Of a stretch of DNA of 64,000 bases, positions 1 through 12,411 are shown piece after piece. Numbering within the stretch: the first letter of the stretch is position 1; every line of letters begins with the position of its first letter. The DNA is from Chiloscyllium plagiosum (taxonomy: Eukaryota), in assembly GCF_004010195.1 (NCBI RefSeq), contig NC_057719.1, positions 6,842,740 to 6,906,739 on the forward strand. The letters run 5' to 3'. The notes beneath the pieces were generated by a model. It was not told the DNA's origin, searched no databases, and worked only from the letters and a program-made list of their open reading frames with translations. A program made the position numbers and the translations under genes.

Positions 1-108
1 CTCTCTCTCTCTCTTCACCCCGTCTCTCTCTCTCTCTCTTCCCCCCCCTCTGTCTCCTCTGTCTCCCTCTCTCTTCCCTCCTCCTCTGTCTGTCTGTCTG
101 TCTCTCTG
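1..108. repeat. (CT)n/(CTGT)n-rich microsatellite
   Basis: Directly visible pyrimidine dinucleotide and tetranucleotide runs. Confidence 0.9.
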
Positions 109-111
109 TTC

Positions 112-327
112 CCACCATGTGCTTCCTTTGTCTGCTCTTTGCCCTTTTAAAACTGCTGTTGTTTTGACTTTTTTCCAAAGTTCCAAAACAATGCAACAGC
201 ATATAAAATAGTAATTGCTGCTTCTGGAATTCGAGGAAATTACTTCCAACACCTAAAATACCTCAAAAAAAGGAGCAGCTCTTACAGCCAGAAATTTTAA
301 CTTCCTCCATCTTGGATTACCCAGAAT
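112..327 (-). mobile_element. CR1 LINE 5' UTR / extreme 5' end
   Basis: Aligns by eye with 62240-62436 (aaaacaatgcaacag...ctggaattc...cctccatcttg.attaccag), which lies upstream of a CR1 ORF1 remnant on the minus strand. Confidence 0.65.
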
Positions 328-344
328 ATCCTTGAGCATAAGTT

Positions 345-878
345 ACTAAAAGCTAGCAAGGAGGTCCAGCACGCATGCAGTCGACCACTATCTACATGGG
401 AAAATCAGGAGTGTGACGGAATACTCCCCACATATTTGAATGGGTGCAGCTCTCACAACACAAAGAGTTTGACATCATCCACGGTAAAGGAACTTGCTTG
501 GCTTCGCATCCACTTCCTCCTCCACTGATGCTCAGCAGCAATGTGTATTATCTGCAAGATGCACTGCAGAAATTCACTGAACATCCTTAGCACCTTTCAA
601 ACCCAAGGCTACTTCCATGGAACACCGCTATCTGCAACTTTCCCTTTTTAAGCCACTTGCATTCCTGGCTTGGAAATACGTTGCCATTCCTTCAGTGTTG
701 CTAGGTCAAAATCCTGGAATTCCCCCTCCATGGGCATTGTGGGTCTACCTACAGCACATGCTTTGCAGCAGTTCGAGAAGGCAACTCACCATCACCTCCT
801 TGAGGGCAGCTAGAGTGGACAATAAATGCTGGCCAGCCTTTGATGTCTACATCTTACAAGTGAATTAATAAAAAAAAG
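345..878 (+). mobile_element. 3' end of a CR1/L2-group LINE (same family as 27160-31247)
   Basis: Ends ...gacaataaatgctggccagcc...gaattaataaaaaaaa; same tail as the minus-strand element at 27160-28400. Confidence 0.7.
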
Positions 879-951
879 TTCTGTAGGTAAAGTGTATGTT
901 AGCCTTTATCAGAAGATTTGAGTGCAGAAGCAAAGAAGTCTTCAATCGTAA

Positions 952-1050
952 AGAAGTTAAAAATCACAACACCAGGTTATAGTCCAACAGGTTTAATTGG
1001 AAGCACACTAGCTTTCGGAGCGATGCTCCTTCATCAGGTGATTGTGGAGG
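952..1050 (-). mobile_element. Penelope-like pLTR fragment, family B
   Basis: Reverse complement matches 13276-13402 and contains a hammerhead core. Confidence 0.7.
1006..1040 (-). ncRNA. Minimal type I hammerhead ribozyme motif (family B)
   Basis: Minus strand: cac-CTGATGA-a-GGAGC-atc-GCTCC-GAAA-gc-TA-gtg; stem I cac/gtg, 5-bp stem II, palindromic AGCT stem III, CUA cleavage triplet. Confidence 0.75.
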
Positions 1051-4000
1051 GCTGGATCATAACACAGAAGGATATACTTCTCTAAGAAAGGATATACTTG
1101 CCATAGAGGGAGTGCAGCAGAGGTTCATCAGATTGCTTGAATGGTGGGATTGTCCTATGAGGAGAGAGTGAGCCTATCTTCTCTGGTGTTTAGAAGAATG
1201 AGAGAAGATAGGAAACAAAGTTCAAAATTATGAAAGGTTAGTAGAAACAGGATGTTGCCCCTTGCTGTTTGGTCTCAACTTTTATTCTTAGACTGTGTTT
1301 ATTAGGATTCTGATAAGGTGGGAAGTTCTTTACTCAGTGTAAACTTTTGGGATTCTCTATCCCAGAGGGTGGTGGAAACTTAAACATTAAGTTCAAAATG
1401 GAGACCAGTAGATTTATAATTACTAATGAGATCAAAGGGTCTAGAAATTTCTTGATTTTAGTCCAGAGCAGATGTTCTCAACATGTCCTAGTTCTTTTGA
1501 TAACAAGTGTGTATAATTTTATAGATCTAATACTTTACTCACTACAGACTAGTGATATTTCCAAATGCGCTTTTTTAAAATATATTTTGGGGGACAGGGC
1601 AAATAAACAAGTAAAGTTAATGCATTGAATTTGAACTTTTTTTTTCTATAAGAGTTAGTGGCAAAGTTTTTATTGCAATGTTTCTTTGCCAGTGAAGATG
1701 ATTGTTTATTGATTTAAGGCCTGATTTAAGAAGTGATGCAATAGAAAATAAATGATTGCATTTTTAATATTTTCATTTGAAAGGGGGGTATATCACAGTT
1801 TGCTGTTAAAATTATTCCTAAAATGCATGATATGTAGGCGAATCAAGTCAGAGTTTAAGAAGCTTAGACTCTGCCCAGCAATCTATCTGCATAGAATTGT
1901 GGTTGAACATATTTATTTGAGTAAAAGAATGTTGGAGTAGTACTGTTCTATGCATGTGTAATAGGGTGAATATTGAGGAATGCCATTATTAACCACCCAC
2001 TGTGATGTCTTATGGACTTGTGGGTAGAACAGTTTGGGATTGCAAAGGAATAAGACCACAGATCTAGTGGTCTGAAAGCCTCTAGCAGTATCCATTATAT
2101 CTATGTATGTTGTAAGTTGTTGCTAACATGTAATAAAACATTTCTAATCAGAAGAGACCATTTGAGTTAGTCTGGAATTGATTTTCCTCTATTACACTAG
2201 ATCAAACAGGCTCTATAGTTTCCAATGCTTGAGGAGATTAGCAGCAGCCTTAAAGTGGCATATCAATTTGATACAGCAGAGACTTTTTTGACCCTTCATC
2301 TGTTGGGAAAAACATTCTCCTGATGTACTGTAAGCCTTTCAGGATGCTGAGCACCTTTACCAAATCTTGTGGCCTTTTCTGTTCTTGAAAATAACTCAAC
2401 CTCAACAGTCTATAACTGTAAACCTTAGTCTCAGAGGCTATTTGCATTGTTATCTTGTTTTCTCTCTCTCCAAAGTCATTTTGTCCTTGCTAAATTGTGG
2501 TGCCTTGACTTGGACAGAATGTTGCAGCTGGAAATGACCTAGTGTCTTGTATAAGCTTATTTATGTTTGGAGAATGTTCCAATATATTACTTACTTGGGA
2601 TGTAATTGTGACATGATGCTCAGCTGCTGCAGTTCTTCTCCCTCCTTCATGACACAGACTTTTATTGGAAATACTGAAATGCATTTAGTGCTTAATGTTT
2701 ATGCTGTTTGTAAAAATATGAATTGTATGTACATTCTTGGTGTTGACTTAATGGCTATTTCTCCTGAATTGAGATCCGGTTTGAATCCATAAAATGGAGT
2801 GTTAGACAAAAGACAGCTGCATCTTGAATTTCTATGAAAGGTTCTGATCTAAACTTCAATTTTTCTCAATTTCTGAAATTAAAATCACTCCCTCTTGTGG
2901 AAGAGATACTATTTCACGAAGCATATGTGGCTGTAAAAGACGTGCATTCAGACTTGCTTGTTCCTGCTGCCACAGGAAGTTCAGGGTGTCCAATAACCAA
3001 GCAGAGGCACAGTTGCCATGGAGATTAAGGTAAGACACCCCCACCACCTTAAAAAGGATAGCTGTATTTCTGTTCATGTGCATGAAGCATTAGCCTCTGC
3101 TCACTTCCCCATGTCATCTGTTGAAACTTGAGTATACGTCTGTCAAATCAAGGTCGTTTATTCAGTTGCTGACGTGGTACCACAACTTTAGTCAGCAAGG
3201 TTTTTCCCTTAGTAATTTTTTTCAAAATTGTGATATGTTGTGTGTTAACTGAAAATGTAGGCAATACTACATTGAAGAATTCAGTTCATTTTCTCCAATT
3301 GATATTAAACAGAATTGTTGCAGAAAGTAAACTGAACTAAATGTGAAGTTTATTGCAAGACTGTGAACAGAATTCCATTTTAGGCAGCTACCTAGGCTGT
3401 GTGTAACGGTCTGCCCTCCGCATATGAATATGCTGCAGCTAGATGTCCCAAAAGCAAAGGTTCTAATTGCTTGATTCTAACCAGTCTGAAACCTAAAGCT
3501 TAGTTTTCTTGGGAGGAAATGACTTATATTTTGACTTTGTTTACTTGTCAATTGGTTGAATGATGATTAGCTGCACATACACAGCATATATTCAAACTAA
3601 AATTTAACTGAACAGAACTTTTTAAAAGAGGAAAAACATGTTAGAACTATTTTGTTCAGTGTAGTGAAATAACTTAAATTGCCTACTCAGTATTCAAATT
3701 TGAAAAGCTTTTAATCATTAAAAGAATACATAAATAAAAATAAAGTCTTGCAGCAACATGTGTAAGTTCAAGGTTTCCTGTTGGTGGAAGTTTTTTTTTA
3801 ATCTGAGGGAAGGACCGTTGGCAGGAAATGTGTCAGTCGCTTGTTTTCTTGAACTGAAGGAAGTGAAAAGGATTCGCTGACTTGCTGACTATGTATGCAG
3901 TTCCCTTCTGTTTTCAAAGTGTTTTTAAAAGAGAGAGGGCTTTTCCACTGCTGTACAACACTAATCAATGGCTTTGGTCTTCACATCTGAACCTGGTGTT

Positions 4001-4486
4001 TGGGGAAATTACACTTAGAAAGTGATGTCGTGCTCTTGAGAGGTATTGAATTCTCAATGTTTCAGTATCTTCAAACTGAAAGTATGGTGAACTGTGGATT
4101 TGTCAAAGGTCTGTGTTTGTATTGGTATTTGACATTCTGAAGCTGTGGAAGTGTATGTAAATTGATGTGGGTTTTCATACTTGGCTGCTAGTAATTGGGA
4201 AAACGTTTACTTCACTGTCTCCAATTCAAAGCTGTTATTCTCAGTAGTCTGCATAGCAGCCATATGTTGAAGGGGCTGCCTGAGTAGTACAGTGCTTAAA
4301 GCAACCAAATTGTTTTTTCTTTCTACAGATCTTCACAGTTCAGGATTTTCTTATTTTAAAAAAATGGTGTATAAGACTGAGGATGAAGTAATTAATAATG
4401 TGGATTATTTTTCTGTTTCTCCAGATAAATCGCCCAGTTGCTTGATTTTTTTTCAAAATGTTTGGGGGGTAAAGACTATACAAGCT

Positions 4487-4640
4487 AAAACAAAGTCTAT
4501 GGATGCTGAAAACTGGAAATTAAATACTAGAAATATTTAGCAATTCTAGTTAGTGTCTATGGTGGGGAAAATAAGTTGATATTAAATTTACCTTTTATCA
4601 GAACGGAGTATAGCAAGAAATGCTTAAGTTTTGAGTGTGA
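4487..4640 (-). mobile_element. Highly decayed Penelope pLTR relic
   Basis: aaaacaaagtctatggatgctgaaaactggaaattaaatac...ccttttatcagaac resembles the family C pLTR (56243-56332) in reverse. Confidence 0.45.
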
Positions 4641-4707
4641 AAACTAAAAGGAAAGGCAGCTGAGAGTAGGGTGTAAAGTCAAATAGGAGTAATTTTTCTT
4701 TTTCATC

Positions 4708-4905
4708 TTTTTGAGATGTAGGTGTTTCTGACAAGGCCAGTATTTCATCCCTGATTACTCTTGAACTAAGATACTTCTGAGAGCACATTATTAGTGGGGT
4801 CATTTGTGATGAAAACCAGGGATTGGTGAATTATGTGGATTCACAATTTATGCTGGTTTCATGATCACTAATGTGACTAGTTTTCAATTCCAGGGTTATT
4901 GATTT
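4708..4905 (-). mobile_element. Decayed SINE sharing body and tail with the LINE at 27160-31247
   Basis: gagatgtaggtgtttctgacaaggccagtattt...ctcttgaact tail followed by body ending ttttcaattccag, as at 27165-27215 and 30950-31130. Confidence 0.5.
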
Positions 4906-4910
4906 TTAGT

Positions 4911-4957
4911 GATTTTTAACTTTGTACTCTCCAGTCCAACACCAGCATCTCCAAATC
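4911..4957 (+). mobile_element. Penelope pLTR family B terminal fragment
   Basis: gatttttaactttgtactctccagtccaacaccagcatctccaaatc closely matches 13354-13400. Confidence 0.7.
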
Positions 4958-5249
4958 AGGGTTAAAGCCAAAAGTCTAAAAATTGGAAGCAAGTCAGTGA
5001 ATTTTTTTCAATTGAGGATGAGACCAGGAAACTGCATTAGTGCACTCATCAGTATATAATAGGGGAGGAAAAAAAAGGTAAGGTTTGAAAAAAGAATGTT
5101 CACTTATTCCACTAAAAGGCAGACTCAACTCATCCTCATCAACACCAACACCATCACCATCCAGATGAGGATGTCTGTCACCCACACTGAGTCTGTGGGT
5201 GGCTGTGCAGACTGATGTGGCTTCACAGGCTCTGTTACACTTTGGGCAG

Positions 5250-5935
5250 AAGTTAAGTGTGGGAAGGGGTGTTGGTGTGGCAGTGGGTTCCTTACATTTG
5301 TTTTCACCTGACTTCTGCTTTTACCTGATGGTGTGTCTCTGAATGCTTGATACCTTTGCAGTGTCCCTCTTCCTCCTCCCCTGAAGGGTCTTGGGCCAGT
5401 GTTTCCCAGGTGTCCATTGGGAATGCTGCACTTTGCCATTGAGGTCTTGGGGGTATCTCTGGTCACCTGATGCTGACCTGCCAGTTTGAAGCTGGGAATA
5501 GAGCAATCCGCTTGAGTCGTCTTGGGTCTGCCATTGCAACTGATGTGCTCGGCCCATTGTAGCCAATCAAGGTGGCCACTGCTTTGATGCTAGGGATGTT
5601 GGCATGGTCGAGGACACAGGTATTGATGCATCTTTCTTCCCAGCAGGAGCTTGCACAAGTAGCATTGATGGTACTGCTCCAGCGGCTTGATATATCTGCT
5701 GGAGACAGCCCATGTAGAGTGTGAACCACCACATGATCATGATGTCAGATCTGATGTTGTCCTCAAATACCCTTTTCCTCAGGCGACCAAAGGCTGTGCT
5801 AGCATACTGGAGGGAGTATTGGATCTCTTCAATAACTGTTTGGCTGATAGGGCACCCCTGAGGTATGAGAAGATGTTCCACATATTTCACTGAAAGGCAG
5901 GCTTTATGAGGATTTATGTGGGTACCTATAGCAAC
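5250..5935 (-). mobile_element. RTE-clade (BovB-like) LINE 3' fragment
   Basis: Minus-strand translation EEIQYSLQYASTAFGRLRKRVFEDNIRSDI and downstream LLYSQLQTG.RS...Q..RY.D are RTE C-terminal motifs. Confidence 0.8.
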
Positions 5936-5944
5936 CTCTTGTTT

Positions 5945-6428
5945 GATTTTATTTATTTTCACGTGTACTGAAGTAGTGAAAAGCTTTGTTTACTGTGACC
6001 TGTAAGCAGATCACAGTAAGCAATGTGCAAAACATTTAGACAGGCATACAGGTTACATTGCACAGGGCGTACAAGAGAGATCAATGTTAGCATGATCAGC
6101 ATTATTCGAGGCAAGACTGTCTATTCGTAGTTTTATGATGGCTGGAAAGAAGCTGTCCTTGAACCTACTGGTGCGTGTGTTCAGGCTTCTGTATTTTCCT
6201 GATGGAAGAGGTTGAAGGAGCGTTTTTGATGTTGGCAGCCTTTCTGCGGCAGTGAGCCTTGTAAATGGAGTCCATAGATGAAAGGTTGGTTCTTGTGATG
6301 GCTTGGGCTGTGCACAACATCCTCTGTGTAGTTTCCTCTGATCCTGGGCAGAGCAGTTTCCATTTCAGGCCGTTATGCACCCAGACAGTATGCTTTCAGT
6401 TATGCATCTGTAGAAGTTGGTGAGAGGG
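5945..6428 (-). mobile_element. Rex1/Babar LINE 3' fragment
   Basis: QRMLCTAQAITRTNLSSMDSIYKAHCRRKAANI motif; 3' tail shared with 37560-37700. Confidence 0.75.
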
Positions 6429-6571
6429 GATTCGAGATGACGGAGACCCAGTAGGTTTTGCTGAGCTCTGCCCCAGACAAAGTGGGGCACTCACGCTCCC
6501 TTCACTGTTTAGACTTAGACCTATGCCCTCGCTCGTGCTCTCGCTCGCGCGCTCTCTCACTCTCTGGAGAC

Positions 6572-7492
6572 CAGTGAGCAAGGTTAGATCTTATGGCATA
6601 CTGGGAGAACTAGCATGTGGAAACAAAACTTGCTCAAAGGTAGATGATGACACCAAAATCAGATATGTAGTGGACAGCAAAGGAGGTTACCTCAGATTAC
6701 ACCAGGATCTTGATCAGATGGGCCAATGGGCTGAGGATTGGCAGATGAAGTTTAATTTAGATAAATGTGAGGAACTGCATTTTGGAAAAGCAAATCAGGG
6801 CAGGACTTGTACACTTGATGGGGTCCTAGGGAGTGTTGCTGGGCGGGAGATCTTGGAGTGTGGGTTTGTGGCTCCTTGGGGGGTGGGGTCTCAGGTGGAT
6901 GGGATGGTGAAGAAGGCATTTGGTATGCTTCCCTTTTATCGGTCAGAGTAGTGAGTACAGGAGTTGGAAGGTCATGTTGCGGCTGTACAAGGACATTGGT
7001 TAGGCCACTTTTGGAATATTGCATGCAATTTTGGTCTCCTTCCTATCAGAAGGATATTGTGAAACATGAAAGGGTTCAGAAAAGATTAAAAGGATGTTGG
7101 AGGGGGTTGAGTTACAGGGAGAGGCTGAATAGGCTGGGCGCTTTTCCTTGGAATGTTGGAGGCTGAGGGGTGACCTTTACAGAGGTTTATGAAGTAATGG
7201 GGGGCATGGAAAGGGTGAATAGGCAAGGTCTTTTCCCTGGGGTGAGTGAGTCTAGAACTAGAGGACATAGGTTTAAGGTGAGAAGGGAAAGATATAAAAG
7301 AGTCCTAAGGGGGGCAATGTTTTCACATACAGGGTCGTGCGTGTGTGGAATGAGCTGCCAGAGGAAGTGGTGGAGGCTGGTACAAAGACAGCATTTAAAA
7401 GGTATGTGGAGTACGTGAATAGGGGCAAATGGGACTAGATTAGGTTTGGATATCTGGTCGGCATGGGCGAGTTGGACCGAAGAGTCTGTTTC
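6572..7492 (+). mobile_element. CR1 (HER1-like) LINE RT 3' part with internal deletion
   Basis: DDDTKI...LHQDLDQMGQWAEDWQMKFNLDKCEELHFG, LVRPLLEYCMQFWSP, SRTRGHRFKV motifs. Confidence 0.92.
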
Positions 7493-7496
7493 TGGA

Positions 7497-10400
7497 TGTT
7501 GACACCTGCAGGGCAGAGCTTGATCTCTGAGTTTGTACAACTCCGAGAGAAGATTGATGCTTCAATGGACCGGGTCTCCTCCAGGTGGGAATTGATGTCA
7601 GACATGCTGTCGAGGCATGACCTGGAGATCCAGAGTCCTGGGTGGCATGTCGGAGGGGCAGAGCAATGCGCCGCGGCTTCCAAGACCACGGCCGAATCTT
7701 CTGAGAGTTGGGTTCAGGCCTTTGAACACCGGGTGCGGGCCTTGGAGGAACAGGTCGATGATTGGGATAACTGGTCGGCATGGGCGGGTTGAACGGAAGG
7801 GTCTGTTGCCATGCTGTACATCTGACTCTATGACCTTAAATAGAAGTTGTCGGAAGAATATCTGGTTGCTAGGGCTTCCCAAGCAGGAGGAAGAAGGCCA
7901 GCTCATCAACTTTCTGGAGCAATAGCTCCCCCAGTTTCTAAGGCTACAGGTCCAGGTAGGTTGGGTGCAGGTCGAGCGGGCCCACCAGGGTGCAGTGCGC
8001 AGGCCCGGATTGGACCAGTGCCAACCCGGTCCTAGTGTGACTCCATCATCATAGAGACAAACAAATGATGCTGGAAGCCTCTAGAGCACTGGGGAAGGAT
8101 CCTCAGGCTATGGTATATAAAGGATCACGAATTATGCTTTTTCAGGACTTCTCCCTGGTCGTGATCCACAAGAGGAAGGCCTTTGATGAGGTAAAAAAGC
8201 GGCTGAGGGACTTGAATATTCAGTACTTCTGAGATATCCAGCGATACTGCGTTTCAGCTGCAGAGGCTCCATGTTCAACTTTGATTTGCTGGAAAAGGCA
8301 AAGGACTTCTTGGATGCTCTAAAATAGGCTGATTGGCCTGAATTATATGGACAATTATTTTATTCTGCCCCTTCTCCCCCTCCCCCTTTTTCGTCTGTAA
8401 TTTGCCTGGTTTACCTGGTTGTTGGGGGGTGATCTTGATTTCCCTTTTTAATATGTGTCGGGATTACAACTTTATATTTTGTTTTGTTCAGCCAGGAGTG
8501 CCTAGGGTTACAGTATGGAAGGCACTGGTTGGGTACCCACTTTTTGCTTTCTTGTCATAAGATATGGCTCCAGCGAGGAGTCATGGTGGGATCAATGGGT
8601 GGTATGAGCACCCACTGTGGACAAGGGGAAAAATCTCCTTTGTTATGTTTTATGTTATACAAGTAGTTGGTAGTTTTTGATTTAATAGTTTTAGAAGTTG
8701 CGTTTTTAAACTTTGTGAACTGTTTAAGGTTCTCGCTTGGTGCGCTATGAGTGGGATTCTTCCTCCCGTGGGTTTGAACTTGCAACAGAGAGGATTCAGC
8801 TAGGAGTATTTCTCTTTTTTTTAAACTCTAAAAGTAGAGGAATGACTATCCTCATCTGGAGGAACCTTCCGTTTCAAATGTTAGGCCAAATAACTGATGA
8901 GTCTGGGTGATTCATAATACTTAAAGCTTTAAAACATGGAGAGGATATGGGATTCTGAATGAATTCCCCCCCCCACGGCACATCCCTTTAAATTTGTAAC
9001 TGATGCGCTGTCTAGATTGATGGCCCTCGGGGCACACCATTCGATTATAAGGAGAGACTTTAATGGCATTATTGACCCTGAGGTGGACAGGATGCGTGGG
9101 GGGTCTTGTGGATATGTCTCCACAATCTAGGCAGTTGGTGGACTTGAACAGAGAGTTGGGGTTGGTGGATGTATGGAGTTGCCTTTACCCTGAAGGTAGG
9201 GATTTTACATTCTATTCTAACCCACATAAGTAACATACCAGCATTGACATTTTTTGTCCCATCAGCCTTTTTGAACTCTGTACTATCCAGCAGAATAGGG
9301 AATATAGCCATTTCTGATCATGTGGCAGTGTTAAGACTGGAGGTGGTGAGGTGGATTCCTGGCACTGGCGTATGGGCCCTTTCCTCCTGAAAAATTAATA
9401 AGTTTATAATATTTTTTGCAAGAGTTTAAAAATTTTTGGGATATAAACTCCGGTACAGCCAGCAACCCATCGATGATGTGGGACACTACCAAGGCCTACA
9501 TGCGGGGTTTGATTATTTCTTACTCTGCAACACGAAAACGACAGAGGGGAGAACAGCAACGTCTGCTGGAGGCTTGCCTGAAGGCAGCTGAGTTAGTCTA
9601 CTTTGGTAGGCTGTCCATAACGAAGTTACAGCGGATTACAACTCATGGCTACTTTGAATGTTGCACTTACCCAAACAGCAAAGAGGGAAATCTCTTCTAT
9701 GAAACAGATTATTTGAGTACAGGTGATAAGCCAGGTAGATATTTAGCGTACTTGGCCAAAAAGAAGAATGCTCCCCAATCTATTAAATCCATTAGAGAGA
9801 GTGCTGATACTCTGACTTGCAATACCAAAAAGATTAATGCAGCATTTAGAAAGTTTTATTTTGAGCTGTATCAGTCAGAGGGCTGTGAGGATAGAATGAG
9901 GAAGATGGAGGCCTTTATTTTAAGACCCAGGACCTTCTTGGGTGTAACCTCAGAGCAGGTGTCCTTTTTGAGTGCCCCTTGTACAATTCGGGAAGTACAG
10001 GAGGCGGTGAGGCTGCTCCAGAGTGATAAAGCGCCCGGGCCAGATGAATTTCCAAATGAGTTTTATAAGGAGTTTATAGACAAGCTGGCCAGGCCACTCT
10101 TGAATAATTGTACATATCCATTCAGTCAGGGTAGCCACCCATCGTCTTTCAGAGAAGCAAATATCTCTCTTATCCTTAAGGGAAGGCCCCAGAAGAATGC
10201 ATTTCGTACAGGCCCATATCATTACTGAACATGGGTTTTAAAATGCTGGCATTAAGGCTGAAGAGGGTATTGCCTTTTATTGTAAAGGAGGACCAGGCTG
10301 GTTTTATTAAGGGTCATAGGTCTACCAACAATATTAGAGTATTAAATATGGGTCCAAATATGTCATCGAAGAGCGATACTGGGTTTGATAGTCTCCCTAG

Positions 10401-11430
10401 ACACAGAGAAAGCACTTGATCGGGTGGAGTGGCCGTACCTCTTTTATGTCATTGAACGGTTTGGTCTTAGGTTTTTACCAAATGGGTGGCAGTGCTGTAT
10501 AGTGACCCGAAAGCAACGGTGCTCCCTAATGGTTGAAGGTCAGATTGTTTTAGTGTTGGCAGAAGCTGCTGTCAAGGGTGTCGTCTTTCACCACTATTAT
10601 TTACATTGATGATCCAGCTGCTGGTGGAAGCCATTCAATTGGATCCCTATATAACTGCCCCGGAGGTAGGATCAGGCAGACATATAATTACTCTTTGTGC
10701 TGATATCCTTCCTTTTTTCAACTGATCCAATGACATCTATGTCCCACTTAATACAAATGATTACTCTATTTGGTTTGTTTTCAGGGTACAAAATTAACTT
10801 CATGAAATCAGAGGGCATGCCTGGGGGGTGCTGGGGGGTCTTACCAGTATGTCCAACCTTGGGGATGGAACCAGTTTCTCCTTTCTGTGGTTACAGGGAG
10901 GTTTTCTGTACTTAAGCATTTTTATTACCCCGGTTTTCGATCAGTTATATGAAGCCAATTATGTGCAGTTGCTAGAGAAAATTAGGTAGGACATTTGGCA
11001 CTGGGAAGATTTTCAGGTATCTTGGTTGGGCAGGATAGCCCTGGTTAAGATGAATGTTCTTCCTTGCTTATAATATCCCATGGAATGTTCCCCTTGATGC
11101 TGCCAAGGCAAACACTGCGCAGGCTTCACAACTGGCTCGGATCTTTTATTTGGCATCATCAATGGCCTCTTATTAAGCTGGATAAATTGCAGCTTTCGTG
11201 AAGAAAGATTTGGGTGGGAGTGAGTGGGGGAAGAAAAGAGTCTAGATTTTCCGGACTTTAGGAAGTACCAACTGAGTTCCTTATCCTGTGTGGCTGAATG
11301 GGCCTGTCAGCATCCGCGCTCAATTTGGTTAGACATTGAGACCTCCCAGACAAAATGCTCCCTCATTAACTTGTTTATGGACAAGATGAGATCTGGTTAT
11401 GGATCATTGTAAAAACTTGATTGTCCACCA
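7497..11430 (+). mobile_element. L1-clade LINE, decayed ORF1 plus ORF2 (EN and RT)
   Basis: ORF1 coiled coil then NRSCRKNIWLLGLP, VERAH, IMLFQDFS; ORF2 GDFN/TRID-like EN motifs, [57 protein letters not shown]; many stops and frameshifts. Confidence 0.9.
7761..7834 (+). mobile_element. 5'-truncated CR1 3' tail inserted in L1 ORF1
   Basis: ctggtcggcatgggcgggttgaacggaagggtctgttgccatgctgtacatctgactctatgac is the CR1 tail; L1 ORF1 reads EEQVDD before and L.NRSCR after. Confidence 0.8.
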
Positions 11431-11431
11431 A

Positions 11432-11760
11432 TTTCAAGAGATGGTCTTCCACAGCTTCTGACCAGCATTGTACGTATTTTTGTGAAGCTCTTCCCATTTC
11501 AGCTTCTCCTTGTAAGCTGAGACGCCTTGATCTGATTTTCTGAAGTGGAGTAGTAGGTGTCTTTTTGGTTGTGTAGCAGTGGTCCAGAAAGTTTGATCCT
11601 CTGGGGTAGAAGAGGTATTGGTGGTACTTTGGAAGCACCCTGTTGTGGTTGGCTTGGTTGAAGTCACCAGCCACAATGAGTAGAGCATCTGGGAATTTTT
11701 TTCTCTAAAAGTGCTTGTAGTGATGTAAATTACGTCCCAGGCATCCTTCACATCTGCATA
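11432..11760 (-). mobile_element. Rex1/Babar LINE endonuclease fragment
   Basis: AGDFNQANHNRVLPKYHQY...RGSNFLDHCYTT motif. Confidence 0.8.
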
Positions 11761-12411
11761 GGATGAAGCGAGTGGAGTTGAAGGTAAAGTTCTTCAATGT
11801 GAAAACCAATTGAGCTAGGTTAAAGTTCTGTGGACTTGTTGGGCTGAATAAATGTAATGCTGGAATCATCGACAGCTGTCATCCCCAAAGAAAAGGGGTA
11901 AAAATTTACTCTTTGAAAATGATGAGCATAATGTTTGGTTGGAGGACTGCAAATTTAAAGATTAGATTCCTGAACTTTGTTGGAAAAGTTTAGAAAGTTT
12001 GAGAGAGTGAGTGTGAACTAGTAAATTTAAACATGTGGTCAGCAGATCACGGTAATGAATTGAAGAGAGGTGTTCTGTCAAGTGGGACTTTTATTTCCCC
12101 ATGGAAAAGGCGACCACATTGGAGCAGTGAAAGCAGTATATTAAATTGAATGTATAAATCACGTGTTGTTTTATCTGGAAGATGTGTTTGTAGTGCCAGG
12201 AAGGGTAGCGGTAAAAGAAGTAGGTGCTGCAATTGATGATGTATACTTTTTGTGACAAAAGACCATACTTTTTAACCAGTTGACCTCCACATTCAACATT
12301 GAATCTATTTATGAAGTTGATTTAGAACGTAAGCTGATTGATGATTTTTCCTCAGGTGGTTGTTGGACATTGATGCAGAGCATTGTGGCATTCATTTTAA
12401 TTATACAGCTA

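Larger units (their letters stand above)
885..1430 (+). mobile_element. Old CR1 LINE 3' fragment, interrupted by a Penelope pLTR piece
   Basis: aaggatatacttgccatagagggagtgcagcagaggttca (RKDILAIEGVQQRF-like) and ggattctctatcccagagggtggtgga are typical CR1 ORF2 C-terminal motifs. Confidence 0.7.

Noticed and set aside
4311..4392. Strong splice acceptor (ttttttctttctacag) as a coding exon
   Set aside because: The frame continuing from M-E-I-K stops after 20 codons, resembles no protein I recognise, and has no convincing donor
9416..10228. 270-aa ORF as a host or domesticated gene
   Set aside because: It is a segment of L1 ORF2 with internal frameshift scars, flanked by stops and frameshifts
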